Below are positions 1 through 12,900 of a stretch of 64,000 bases of DNA, piece by piece. The position numbers were made by a program, and so were the translations under genes. Positions within the stretch are counted from its first letter, which is position 1. Each line of letters starts with the position of its first letter. Source of the DNA: Diplonema japonicum (lineage: Eukaryota > Protista > Euglenozoa: Diplonemea); contig OZ025759.1 in the NCBI GenBank assembly GCA_964019335.1, forward strand, positions 62,001 to 126,000, in the 5' to 3' direction. The notes below the pieces were generated by a model. The model searched no databases. It was given only the letters and a program-made list of their open reading frames with translations, and had not been told where the DNA came from.

Positions 1-231
1 CTCCTTCTCAGACCAGCAAGAAAAACGGCTCCGATCGCCGGGCATCAAACTCTAGCAGTTCATCTGCCCCCGGGCTTCACCATAACAACCCCCACTCTCG
101 ACAGGTAAGAATTACCACAGGAAAAAAAAAAAAAAAAAAAAAAACCTCAGGTGCAAGTAAACGGTCCCGACAGGCCACCCCTTCTCTACGACCCTGACAC
201 CGGTGTGCCTATTCCTCATCTGACGGTTTAG
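1..231 (+). CDS. 3' end of an upstream gene (partial; intron 105-150)
   Basis: Frame 3 is open from the window edge (PSQTSKKNGSDRR...HSRQ). A GTAAGA...CCTCAG intron at 105-150 joins it to VQVNGPDRPPLLYDPDTGVPIPHLTV*, ending TAG 229-231. Confidence 0.6.
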
Positions 232-1455
232 AAACGGGGTGTGAAGTTGTAAGAAGGAACGGAAGAAGAAGAAAAAAGTGTACTTCTTTTTTTTCTTTTC
301 TTTTTATATTTCTTTTCCTGTTTTTTCTTTTTTTTTTTTTTTTTTTCAATATGGGGAATGTGGGGACTGTACCCCTATTTTTTGACACTCCCCATATATT
401 TGCCTTTTTTTTTTTTTTTTTAAATATATTCTCTCCAAAAGTGCTTTTTTTTTTTTACTCATCTCAACTTCGGGTTTTGGTTTAAAAGCCAAAAGAAAAA
501 AAAAGGAAAAAAAAAGCGGCAGTTTGTAGAGGGGGGGAGTTTGGGCGGCATTCTTTAGGCCTTCTTTGGGTTTAGCTTTAATAATAGTTCCCCTTCCCTT
601 CCCCCCCTCGGTACTGATTCAGGATAAATCGTGACCATGGAATTGGGGAAAGGAAGGAGGAAAAAAAAGTTTATTTACTTTTTTTTCTCTATTTTTTTTT
701 CTTCTTGGTTCATTAAAAAATGAGAGGAGGGGAGAAAAAAGAGGGGAAAATGGGGGGGGGGGGGGGGGCAAAGGGAGGGGACGAGGGGAAAAAACAAAGA
801 AAGAAGGAAAAAAGCGGAAAAAAAGATTTAATTCAGGTGCTTGAGTAAAAGGACCAAAAAAAAAAAAAAAAAAAAAACGAAACAAAAAAAATAGGCCAAC
901 CACTTATTCTTCTTTTTTATTTTTCCTTTCTTTCTTTCTTCTCTCCTTCCCCCCCCTCCCTTTTTTATTCCTTTCCCCCATGAGTCACGCAAAAGTAAAA
1001 ATAAATGATGAATCAAGCCTACCCTTTGCGCCAAACAGGGTAGGAAAAGAGATAAATAAGACAAAACAGGATATTTTCCCCATTCTTTCCCTTTTTTTTT
1101 TTTTTTTTTCGCTCGTCCCTCGAAAAATAGGGTGTGGGTGCAGGAGGCCATGAAGAAGCCCAATCCTTTGTCTCTCGCCTTTTTTTTTTTTTTTTTTTTT
1201 TTCCCCTCCCCTTTTTTTTTCCTTTAGTTTGTCTTTTCTCCTTTGCATCACACAAACACTCTCCCTGTTTTCTCTCTTTTTTTTTCTTTCCCCTTTTTTT
1301 TTTTTGGATATGAATGTCTTTCTCTTTCTTTAGTATCCCCCTTCTTTGGCAAAAAAAAAGAAACCACCAATACAGTAATTAAAAAAAAAAAAAAAAAAAA
1401 AAAAACCAACAAAAAAAAAAGAAGAAGAAGAAGACCCAACACCCAGACAGTGGGC

Positions 1456-3883
1456 ATGAATCAAGACTGGCCCAGCAACCCAAGCCACAATCCCGGTAGT
1501 GGGATGCACACCACCTACGGTGGCTATGGTGGTGGCTATGGCGGCTCACAGTACGGTGGTGGGTCAAACCACCATGGGAGCCATCATCACCAGCAAGGAG
1601 GTTATGGGTATGACAGACAGCAGCCGCAGAGCAATTACCACCCGCCCCCACCGTCTCACCAGCAGCACCACCACCAACACCACCACCAGCATCAACACCA
1701 GCATCAACACCAGAACCAACACCAGCACCAGCACCAGCACCAACCCCCGCAGCACCACCACCATCACCACCACCAGCAGCATAGGCATTCGCCCCAAGGG
1801 CACTCCATGGCACCTCCGCAGCAGTGGGGTGGTGGTAGTGGTGGTGGTGGCGGTGGTGGCTCTAACGGGCACAGCAGCATGAACAGGGGCCCACCCATGC
1901 AAGGTAGGAGCCAAGGCTCCGTCCCGTACGACCAAGAGACTGGTCTGCCTAACATTCCCAACCACGCAGGGCACCAAGGCCCCCCCCACGGGCACAGTCC
2001 CACAGCGCCTCATCCTCATCCCCAAGGGTACCCCTCGGGCGGTTCCTCGTACAGTAGCTACCAGCCTTCTGGTTACAGCAACTACCAGCCACCGCCGCCG
2101 CCCACGCCTCCTCCTCCTCCTCCGCACCAGCAGCCACAGCAGCCACAACGTCCCCCCCAGCGGAGCCTTCCCACGTCCCCGCTCACGCCCCCCCATCCTT
2201 CTCTCCACCACCAGTATCCCAGCTCTTCCTATTCTAGCCCCATGCAGTCTATGTACTCCAGCGGGAGCAGCCCCACCACCGCCACTAACACGGCACCCGC
2301 CGTGACCCCCACGACCCCCCAGTCACGAGCCATCCCCATCATCAACCCCAACACCAACGATGTGGTCGACGTCAAGAAGGGGGACAAGGAGACTCCGGTC
2401 GTTGTTGGCAGCACTGCCGACATCCTCGCAGGAAAGAAGCCCGTCCCGCCCACAGCGTCCCCCACCTCCCCTGCACCCGCCCCGCTTTCCCATGAGCCCG
2501 CCAAGACGGACGTGGCCTTCTTGAATGCTAACTGCCCTGACATCGTGCCGCAGAGCGTGGCCAGGTCGTCGGTGTCGCAGGACAAGAACGTGTTGGAGTC
2601 AGCAGCTGCAAAGCTCAAGGAGGTGTCGGTGGAGCCTCAACGAGAGATGCCGTCGCCGCCTGCGCTCCCTGCGTCTCACTCTCCTTTGGTCAATGGCAAC
2701 GGGAATGCAGGAGCCATGCCGCCCAAGCCCCCCTCGCCACAGGAGTGCTCAGGGAACGCAGGTGCGTCACCCCCAACGACACCGTCGCACGGGTCATTCG
2801 CCATCCCACCGCCCACCACCCTAGCGCCTACAACCCCCTCGGGTGTGAAGAAGTACACCGCGCAGCAACTGTGCACCTTCTACACTCCTAACTCAGAAGC
2901 CACGTCTCAGCAAATTGACAGGTGGAGGACAATGGAGCTTCTCGAGTCACGGAGGCAGCCGCCCGCATTCTTGAGACCGTCGCGTGGCATGGGCCACTCC
3001 CCCACAACACCGTCGTCCCCCTTCCCCAACGGCAACGGGCTGGCCAACTTCAGCAGAGACCTCATGAAGGACGTGGACAAGCCTTTCGAGTGCCTTGACA
3101 ACAAGGCGGACAATAAGTTCACTGTGTCAACCCCTACAGACAGGCAGATCGCTGCTGATAAGAAGATACAGGTATAGTAATGGGAGGGTAAGGGTGGGAA
3201 CCATCACCACAGGGAGTCTTGAACAAGCTGACCCCTCAGAAGTATGAGAACAACGTGGTGGCCCTCACGAAGCTCATCGAAGAGGAGTTCGCAGACCTCG
3301 ACTTGTTCGACACTATTGTGGGGGCTGTCTTCGAGAAGGCGATCGCTGAGCCGAACTTCTCTGACCTTTACGCTAACCTGTGCAAGGACCTGTCTGACTT
3401 GTCGGCTAGGCTGAGCCCTCCTGAGAATACTGCTGAACCCGTGAAATCGGCAAAATCGCCCTTCAGGCGAGCATTGCTGACAAAGTGCCAGGATGAGTTT
3501 CAAAAGACTAAAGGCAGGGCGGCTGAGAACACAGCCGAGTATGATGAGGTGGCCGACCAGAAAATCCGTATTAGGGCCGTGGGTGCTATGAAGTTTATTG
3601 GAGAGCTTTTCATTAGGTACCCCCAAAAAAAAAATCTTATAAAAAAAAACAGGAACCTTTTAGTGGAAAGGATTATGCACACTTGCATCCAGGAGCTGCT
3701 GGGGTTGAAGAGGGAACCCATTGCCCTCCCCCATTCTGAGGAAATAGAGATGCTTTGCAAGCTTATGGATACTGTAGGTAAAGAGCTGGACCACGAAAAG
3801 GCTGCACCTTACATGAGTAAGTACTTCGAACGTATTACTGAGATTAAGAAACAGTCGGATTCTGCTAGGCTGAGGTTTGTGGG

Positions 3884-3915
<32 letters not shown>

Positions 3916-4041
3916 AGGTTTATGTTGCAAGATGTCATTGAGTTGCGTGGCAGAGGCTGGCACATGAGAAAGTGCCAGAGCATGAAGGACACCAAGGCCA
4001 GAAAGCTGGATGCTGCTGAATGCCAGTTCAGTGAAGGTTAA
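1456..4041 (+). CDS. eIF4G: eIF4G-like translation initiation factor (MIF4G domain); introns 3172-3212, 3617-3652, 3875-3917
   Basis: Spliced product has Q|GVLNKLTPQKY, VFEKAIAEPNFSDLYANLC, FRRALLTKCQDEF, GAMKFIGELF and R|FMLQDVIELR, all MIF4G hallmarks. It also has a YxxxxL eIF4E-binding motif (KKYTAQQLC) and a low-complexity Q/H/P/G N-terminus. Confidence 0.9.
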
Positions 4042-4064
4042 AAAAAAAATAAAAGTTTAAAAAA

Positions 4065-4121
<57 letters not shown>

Positions 4122-4292
4122 GCCATTATTTTGGGGAAAGAAGAAGAAAAAAAAAAACCGTAAGTAATACAGTAAAAAAAAAAATAAAAAGCGGCATGAA
4201 TCTTTTCTTTGCTTTTTTTTTTTCCCCTCTCCAGCTCGAAAAGCTTCATCTTCCCACATGGAGGAGTCCCCTGCTGTCGGGTGTTAAAAAGC

Positions 4293-4329
<37 letters not shown>

Positions 4330-4582
4330 ACGTGATTGAGGGGAAAAAAAATTGCGGACGTGACAAAAGGGAAAGAAATTCGTTGCTAAATTTTATACTC
4401 AGAAAAAAAAAAGAAAAAAAAAAAGAATGGAGAGAATAATATCCATCCCCTCCCCTTTTTATTCCTCCCCACCCCTTGCCTTTTTACCCCCCTCCCCATT
4501 TTTGGATTTTTTAAAAAGATTTTTTTTTTAATTTGCCCCATTTATTAATCGTATTCACTTTCGCTCACATTTGAGATTGGGG

Positions 4583-4621
<39 letters not shown>

Positions 4622-5733
4622 CCCTTCTTCTTTGGCATTAATATAGATTTTTTCCCCCTCCCTTTCCCTGGCTCGCCTTAATTTTTTATATTTATTCCTG
4701 AAGCTGGGGGGTACTTCTTCTTCTTTTTTTTTTTTTCAAAAAGAAAAAGGGAAAAAAAGAAAGGCAAAGATTTTTTTAAAAGTCATTTCTTCCAGGGTAA
4801 AAAAGGCTATTCCTGTGGGGGGAAAGATGAGGAGAAGAAAGCTCCCCCCCTATGGGAATGTTTGGTTTTTACAGAACGAATAAAAAGAGAAAAAGGTTTT
4901 TTTTTTTTCCTTTTTTTTTCCCCCCTCCCCCCATTCCTCCTCCTCCCCAATAAGATCAACATTTCCCCTCCTTTACCACCATCAAAACCCCTTCCCTTCC
5001 CTTCCCTTCCCTTCCCTTTTTGTGCGCAGCCAGGAGGGAGAAAGGGGGGAAAAAAAAATAAAGGGGTTGTTTTTAGTTTTTTCTTTAAATTTCCCCTCTT
5101 TTTTTCCCCCCCCTTCATTTGCCTCTTTTTGTGTTGCATGCACTTACATAACAACCCCCCTTTTTTTTTATATCGCATAATGACAACAAGGATTACCAAA
5201 AAAAAAAAAAAAAAAAAAAAAAGTGAAATCGAAAACAGGAGGTGGGCAAAGGGGGAGGGGAGAAAACTTTTTAGTTGCCGATCTCCTATTTTGGGTTGAG
5301 CGGTGATCTTTCCCCCCTCCTTTTTTATTATTATTATTATTATTATTACTTCAGTCCCCCCCCTTCCATTCTTACTTTCCTTCTTTCCCAAGGCAGAGAA
5401 TAGAAAAGAAGAAAAGAAGAAAAAGCCGCACACCCTTGGGGGCCTCAAGAAGTATGACAACGCCAGCAAGAGGGGAAGGTTCCTCCCCCCCTTTCCCTCC
5501 GAATGTGTACAGTATTATCGCCCTCCCTTTTTTTTTTTTTTTTTTTCCAGCAACTAGCAAAGGGCCAACACCCATAGTTTTTCATGATTTATATTTACCC
5601 CCCCCCCCCCCCGGGAGGGAGGAGGGGGGACGTTGCAAGGCCATTTCCACCCCTCCATCTCTCTCATCGTAGCATTTTCTTTCCCTTTGTCGCTCATTTT
5701 TTTAGATAAAGAAAACATGATTTTTTTTTCTTT

Positions 5734-5764
<31 letters not shown>

Positions 5765-5978
5765 GCAATAAAAAAAATGTGCGAGATGTAAAGTTTTTTT
5801 TTTTTCTTTTTTTGCTATCCTGGTTTTTTTTTTTTTTCTTAAAAAAGGAAGGTAAGACCCCCCCCAAAAAAAAGGCACACGAAAAGAAAAGAAAAGAAAA
5901 AGAACCAAAGCGTAACCATCAAATTGGAATTTTAAAGAAAAAGAAGGAAAAAGAGAAAGGGAAAAAAAAAAAGAAGAA

Positions 5979-6010
<32 letters not shown>

Positions 6011-6635
6011 GGAAAAAAAAAAACAGAAACGAAAGTTTTTTTTTTTCGCCCTCGCTCACATGATGCACCATGACCCAAAACAATTAAAAGAAAAAAACCT
6101 CTCTCTGAAGAAAAACTTTTTTTTATTGCCGTGTGGCCCTGCCTACCTTCTTTCACCCCTCCCCTTTCCCTGAAGCACCATTCTTGCGTCTTCTTTTTTT
6201 TTTTTTTTATTGCTGAGGAAAAGAAGAAAGAAAAAAAAAAGGGAGAAAAAAAAACGAAGGGGGGAAGCAACGAGCAGTACCAGATATCAGGATTTTATCT
6301 TCCCCCCAAATTAAAAAAAAAAACATTTTTTTCAAAATTTTAAAAGAGAACTTTTTTTTTGGTGGTGTTTGTTCACCTACTTCTTTTCTTTATATACCCT
6401 TCCCCCCCCCCCCCCCCCCCGCTTTTATTTTATCTTCTCTCTCTTTCCCCTTTAAAAAAAAAAAAAAAAAAAAACCATTCCCCACCCACCCCCATGAGAG
6501 ATCTATTTAAGAAAGAAGTAGTTCAATAAACATTCTTTTTTTTTTCTCATTTGACGTCCGTACTTCATCCCCTCACAGAAAAAAAGATTTTTTTTTTAAT
6601 ATTTACACGAAAAAAAAAAAAAAAAAATAGAATAA

Positions 6636-6863
6636 ATGGGAAGGCACCACCACCACCACGGTCATGGCCACGATCATAGCTCTCACCACCATGGGCATGG
6701 GCATGGGCATGGCCACATCGATCACCATCACCGGCATGCGGAGAAAACCCATCAAAGGCTTCATCGCGACTGGCACTGGTTGCCCTCTGCACCTCATTTA
6801 TCTTTGGACGTGTCAGCACGGGGGATCGACCTCCCGAACCCCAAGACACTGCGCTGTGATTAA
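6636..6863 (+). CDS. Small histidine-rich protein (75 aa)
   Basis: ATG-to-TAA ORF that coincides with a GC-balanced island between homopolymer spacers. 19 of the first 34 residues are His. Confidence 0.6.
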   Translation: MGRHHHHHGHGHDHSSHHHGHGHGHGHIDHHHRHAEKTHQRLHRDWHWLPSAPHLSLDVSARGIDLPNPKTLRCD

Positions 6864-6995
6864 AAAAACCCCCTCACCCACCCCCCCTTCAGTACACTAT
6901 TTTTTTTTTTTTTTTGTTTGAGCGTTTTTTTTCTTTTTCTTTTTGAACCCTTTTTTTTTTTTTTCTTTGACCCCCAACAGGAGTGTCATGTAAGA

Positions 6996-9900
6996 ATGCA
7001 AATCACCGCAACACTCATCCTGCTTGCCCTGGCGGCCATGGCCGCCGCGCAATGGTGTACCCTTGACGACGGCACAGTGCTGTACATCCAGCAGCGCCAG
7101 GCAGCCCTTCTTGCAACGAACGACCTTATAGTAACCAACCCGAGCGGGGCTGCTGTGCTTTTCATGGACGAGAACCTGTCCCTCGACATACTTGTGAACG
7201 AGACCGACAACACGTACAAGGATGCTGCTGTGGGTGTTAACACCTCTGCCGTCAAGTTCCTGTCGGGAAGTACTCTCGCCGACGACAGTGTCACTTCCGT
7301 CCTTGAATTCACGCAGCTCGGCCTCCTCACCTTCACCCTCAGCATCTCCGCCCCCCCCGCCCCTGACCTCATCTCCTCTCCCCTTACCGTCGAGATCAAG
7401 GGCCGGCCCTGCCTCAACGGCTGCTCTGGGCACGGGGTATGTAGCGACCTCTATGGCTGTGTCTGCTCCACTGACAACTCCGCCGGGCACTGGGCTTCTG
7501 CGGGGTCCTCCGAGTGCAATGTATGCGCAGAGGGCTACGGCGGCACGCACTGCAACATGCCCTGCCCACACTCCTTCGGCGAGATATGCAGCGGGCACGG
7601 TGTCTGCTCCCAAGGGCAGTTCGAGGTCCCACGCTGCACGTGTTTCAACGACACGGACTACGGCTTCTGGTCGGGTGCCTCCTGTTCAGACTGCGCGGGT
7701 GACTACTACAGTTACAGGTGCACCTCTAAGTGCGACCTTTCGACCTGCAACGGGGGGCAGTGCTACCCAATCGGCGGCCACAAGCGGGAAGGGACGGGTT
7801 GCGTTTGCCCCGATAACAGAGGCGGCCCTACCTGTCTGAACTGTGCTGATGGTGTCTGGGGACCTGTCTGCGACCGCTACTGTCCTGGTGGGCCCGGCAA
7901 CACGTGCAGCAAGCATGGCACTTGTAACAGCACAGGCGAGTGTACATGCGATCCTTCCTTTGCTACGCGCGATTGCTCGTTGACATGCCCCAACGGCTGC
8001 AGCGGCCACGGGGCGTGCATGGATGGGCGGCTCAATGATGCTGCGTGTGTGTGCAACACGGGCTTCACGGGGTACGACTGCAGCATCGACAGTACGTCAG
8101 CGTGCATGACAGGGAGCACCGTTTGTAGTGCGCACGGCAACTGCAACGTCAACACCTGCGAGTGCTATGACGGATGGAGTGGGGGCGTATGCAACCAAGC
8201 ATGCCCAGGGAACAGCGGTGGGCTGGTGAATGAGTGCTATGGCCACGGCGTTTGCACGAATGGTGCATGCGCGTGCATGACAGGGTGGAAAGCTCCAGAT
8301 TGCAGCAGCTGCGAAGATGGGATCACAGGGCAGTCTTGTGACAAAGCTTGCCCGAAGGACTTAAGCGGCCAGATCTGCAGCAACAACGGCGTGTGCTATG
8401 AGGGCAAGTGTTTCTGCAACCTGAAGTTCTGCGGTAACATGTGTGAAAACAGCGTCGGTTGTGCAAGCGCGAAATGCGATGCAACACAGTACGGCCCGAC
8501 CTGCGCCCCTTGCCCTCCCTGTATGAGTATGAGCGGTGTTTGTGACTCGGGTGAATTTGGGAGTGGTACTTGCTTATGCTCAGTTGGCTGGGGCGGCCCT
8601 ACTTGCGCCAGCAGATGTCCAGTAGGGGGCAACGGCGTCACCTGCTCGGGGAACGGAGAGTGCAGCTCAACTGGGGCATGCGTCTGCCAACAATACTTCT
8701 CAGGCAATGCTTGTGAGACGCAGTGTCAATGCAGGCACCTTAAGGACACACACACGAACATCTACATTGCTGCGCTCCCTGTGTGCCTAGCTGACGGGTC
8801 ATGCGACTGCGGAGATAGTGGCTTCACTGGACCACAATGCGATGTGGTGTGCCCTGGGGCCTACGAGGGGAACACATGCTCTACTCACGGTGAGTGCTAT
8901 TTGGATGGTGCCACTGGCACGGCCGCCTGCAACTGCAGCTCTGATTGGAAGGGCCCGCTGTGCAGCGAGTGCATCGATGGCCACTTCGGATGGGACTGCT
9001 CAAGGTACTGCTTGAACGGTCTAGTCAACACCACTGGCTACGGGTGCATATGCGACAGCACGTACGGCGGTGATTTCTGCGAAGTGCCGTGCCCGGGGAA
9101 CTTGCTGTGCAGCGGACACGGTGTGTGCAATGGGGGATGGAGGGAAACCCCCACCTGCACATGCAGCTCAGGGTGGTACGACACAGACTGCAGCGTGCCG
9201 TGCGACAGCACCGCCTGCGAAGGACAGAAGGAGTGTGATGCAACAGGTCAGTGCGACTGCCCTGGCAATTTCCTCAGAGGCAGCGACTGTACCGGATGTG
9301 CTATCGGGTACTACGGCACGAGCTGCGAACTGGAGTGTCCGTGTTCGTCCCACGGCAGCTGTGACAGGGAGACGGGCACTATCTGCGACTGTGACACCGG
9401 CAACGGGCAGCACTGGTCGGGGCAAAGCTGTGAGATATGCGCTGCAAGGTATCTCGGCGATGACTGCACGGTGTACAACCACGCTCCCAAGCATGACGGC
9501 GACAAGCTGTCGACGGGTGACGCGATGGGCATTGCGGGCGACATCTTCGTGGACGAAGCCAACAACGCGGTCGTGGTGGGCAGCACAGGGATTTTCGTCA
9601 TTCTCGACACGCTCACAGGGGACTTCACCTGCAACCGGGTAGAGATGTGTCCCACCCCCGAAACGGCGAGCACCCTCCTTTTCTGGATGGACGCCAATGA
9701 CATCATCGGCCTCATCAACAACTGTGCCGCAACACCGGGTGCCACCATCGTGAAGTATGCAAGAGGGAGCAAAACATGCTTGGGGCAACCTGGAATCGAG
9801 AGGACGATCTCCACGGTGGACATTAAGCTTGCAACAGTAGCAGCATCTGGAGATTTCTTGTACACCGTGGAGGAAGTGAACACTACGCAGTCAGACCTTG

Positions 9901-12900
9901 TGATTAACAACCTGCAAGGGGTGTGCGCTGCTGATATGACAATGACACCTGCGTGCACCAGGAGGATAACACTGAACTACAAAGTTACGAGCATCACACT
10001 GCGTGAGAGTGCTGCCGCTTCCATCCTAGTGGTGTCAGGGGATTCCTGGTTGCTGGAAGTGTACAACGTGGCGGACCCCTTGAACCCTTCTAAGAGCGGA
10101 ATAACCGTGAACACGCCTGTGTGCACGAGGTGCAGGGTGGAGAAGGTCTACATGAACAATGACCAAGGACCCCACTTGCTGGACGACATGTTGTTCGTTA
10201 TGTACCGCGGTGCAGGTGGCAACCTCCTCCTGCACAGGTTTGTCGTCAACACATCGAACGGGATCACCATAGAGGCAGAGGCGGGAGTCAACAACGTTCC
10301 CGTGGCGGGTGTTGGCTGGCGGTACACAAGCATATACCTCGACCCCTACACGGGTGAGGCATATGTCTCGGTGAGGAAAAGCTCCGCGGTGCTCGTGCGA
10401 TTCTCAAACAGAGACGGGCTGCTACTGGATGGGAAGCTGCCCCTCGAAGCGGGGGCACTTCTAAGCATGGCCGGAGAGAACCAGACAAGAACCCTTTACA
10501 GCTTGCAAGAGGCAACGAACACTACAATAGCCATGTTCCTGATGTACACAGTGAGGGACACTGACCCGAAGGGGCTAGACATCAGCGGCGGTGTGGTGGG
10601 TGTGCTAGGGACAGGCTTCGCGACGGTTCGCTCCGAGGCCATCAAGCTGAGCCTTGGGGTGCAGCGCTACACGGGGTCTTTGCTTTCCGAAACGTTAATC
10701 ACAGTAACAGTGGGCGTGTCACAGAAAGAAGTGACAGGAGACTGCGAGGGGGAGTATGTGGAAGCAGCCCTGTCGGGTGGCGACAACAGCCACAGGTACA
10801 CTGATGATGAAACCAAACTGCACCGATACGACACACCTGTCATCAACGAGGCTGTGCCGTGGTACGCCCTCGAAGACCTGGGTGGCATCATCACCGTCAC
10901 TGGCAAGAACTTCGTCAATACTTCGTACGCAGCATGCCGGTACCACAACCCAAACACGAGCAGCAGTTACTACTTTTCGCAGAATGACATTCCTAAGCAG
11001 TGGGTGCCCGCCACGACCTACACGTACCTCTGTGCTGGTGCTGCATGTTTCACTTACATCACCCCCACCATGATCACGTGCATGGCGCCTGTTGCGCGGC
11101 GTGACTCAGGGATCGTGTCGCTAGATGTCACGTTGGACGGGCAGACCTTCTCAGAGAGCACAGTGTTCGCAATCGTGGGCCCGAGGGTGAAGCTTGGTAT
11201 CGGGGTGGATGAGTCTGCCTTGATGCCTGCGACCGACGCTACACTGACACTGCCTGTGATAGAAGTATTCACGCTTGATGTGAATGACAACCGTGTGGGG
11301 CTTGAGTCCAATGACACAGTCGAGGTACGCGTCACCATCAGCTACAAGCCAGACATGAACACCACCAGTGGGGAGATGCACTGCGGGACACTGCTGCCCA
11401 ATTCGACGTGTATTTCCAACCAGCTGTCGACTGCTGAAGGCAATCACCCCGTGATTCTGTCCCGCGGCTACGGCACTATACCAGCAGGCTTGAAATTCTC
11501 ATGCCTTTCGGTCGGAGTCGTCACCTTCTATGCCAGTGCGGTGGTGCAGCCCTTACAGCAATCGCAGCCTTTAGAAATCCGCATCAGCCAAGGCGACATG
11601 CACATGCTTGTCTTCAGGGATGCTGCCTCGTCTCCTCCTTGCGTTCTCTCCGACAGGAATACCTTCTCTTCGGTGCTTCGCTTTGCGGATGGTGCTGGGA
11701 ACACTCTTTCACGCGAGAAGCTCATAAGCCTGAATGCGAACCACCTAATCGTACACGCAGAGATCATGTCCAACAGGAGCTTTAACGAGAACCCCGAGAA
11801 GTATCAAGAGAGCCTGGACCTCAACGCAGGCAACACAATCACCTTCCCCGCCATCAAGCTACAAGCCTCGCAGGAAACGGGATACAAGGTGGTCTTCACT
11901 GCGGCGTTCAAAGGCAAGGACTTTTATCTGGAGAGCAACACCATCACGGCAGCCGACTGCTTCACGTTGGGTGGGGACTTCTTCGGCGTTTCTGGCGAGG
12001 TGGGGTGCAAGAAGTGCCCGACTAATGCAATCTGCACCTTCTACGACCCGGAAGACGGGTCGGAGCCTGTCAGGATGATCCTCCCCAAAGAAGGGTACTG
12101 GGCTTACCCCGGTTCCGACCGCATGCATAAGTGCGCAACTGGTGCTTGCAAGGGTCTCATGCCGCCCGATAACCCTGACTTCTGCTCAAACGGCAGCTAC
12201 GGCCCCCTGTGCTCCATCTGCGAGCATAATTACGGGAAGGCTGGGCAGGATGGGGTGTGCCTCGAGTGTAACATCACTTCGGGTACGTTTGCGCTGATGG
12301 TGATCCTGTTGTTGGTAGGGTTTCTGCTGTTCGCGGCCTATTCGCTGTACACGCTGCAGCAGGGTATTTCGTCTCAGAAATCGATTGTGTTGAGGATGCT
12401 TTTCTCGCACGTGCAGGTGCTCTCCGCTGTTCTGGTCCTCAGCATCCCGTGGGACAAGTGCGCCACGTACATGTTCTTCCGTGGCATGCTGGTGGCGAGC
12501 GACAGTTCGAACATGAACCTAGCGGAGCTGTCTGTGGTGGACTGCATGTTCTCGCAGTACACCTTCTACCTCATCATCATGACTACGCCTGCTATCTTCA
12601 TCCCGGTGTCGCTCTTTGTATACGCCTTGGTGCAGAGCTTCGCGTGCTGGAAGAACCGCAACAGGCGACGCTTTCAAGAACCGGAATGGATCGGTCGAGA
12701 AGAGGCACGCGTACATGAACAGGAAAAAGCCGAACAGGAAGGAAGAGAGCTTACACTTGCAAACCGTCTTGCGGACTACCACATCTCGAAGGTCTTCATC
12801 GTAGTGGGTGTGGTGGTCTTCTTCATCGAGTACCAGATGCTTGCAAAGCAATCCTCGGCACAGATTTCTTGCACAACTCTATGGAACGGAACCCAAAGCA

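Noticed and set aside
619-6343. Many poly-Lys/poly-Phe ORFs in spacers (also at 42454-43669 and 61865-63200)
   Set aside because: They are translations of A/T homopolymer tracts with no coding signal.
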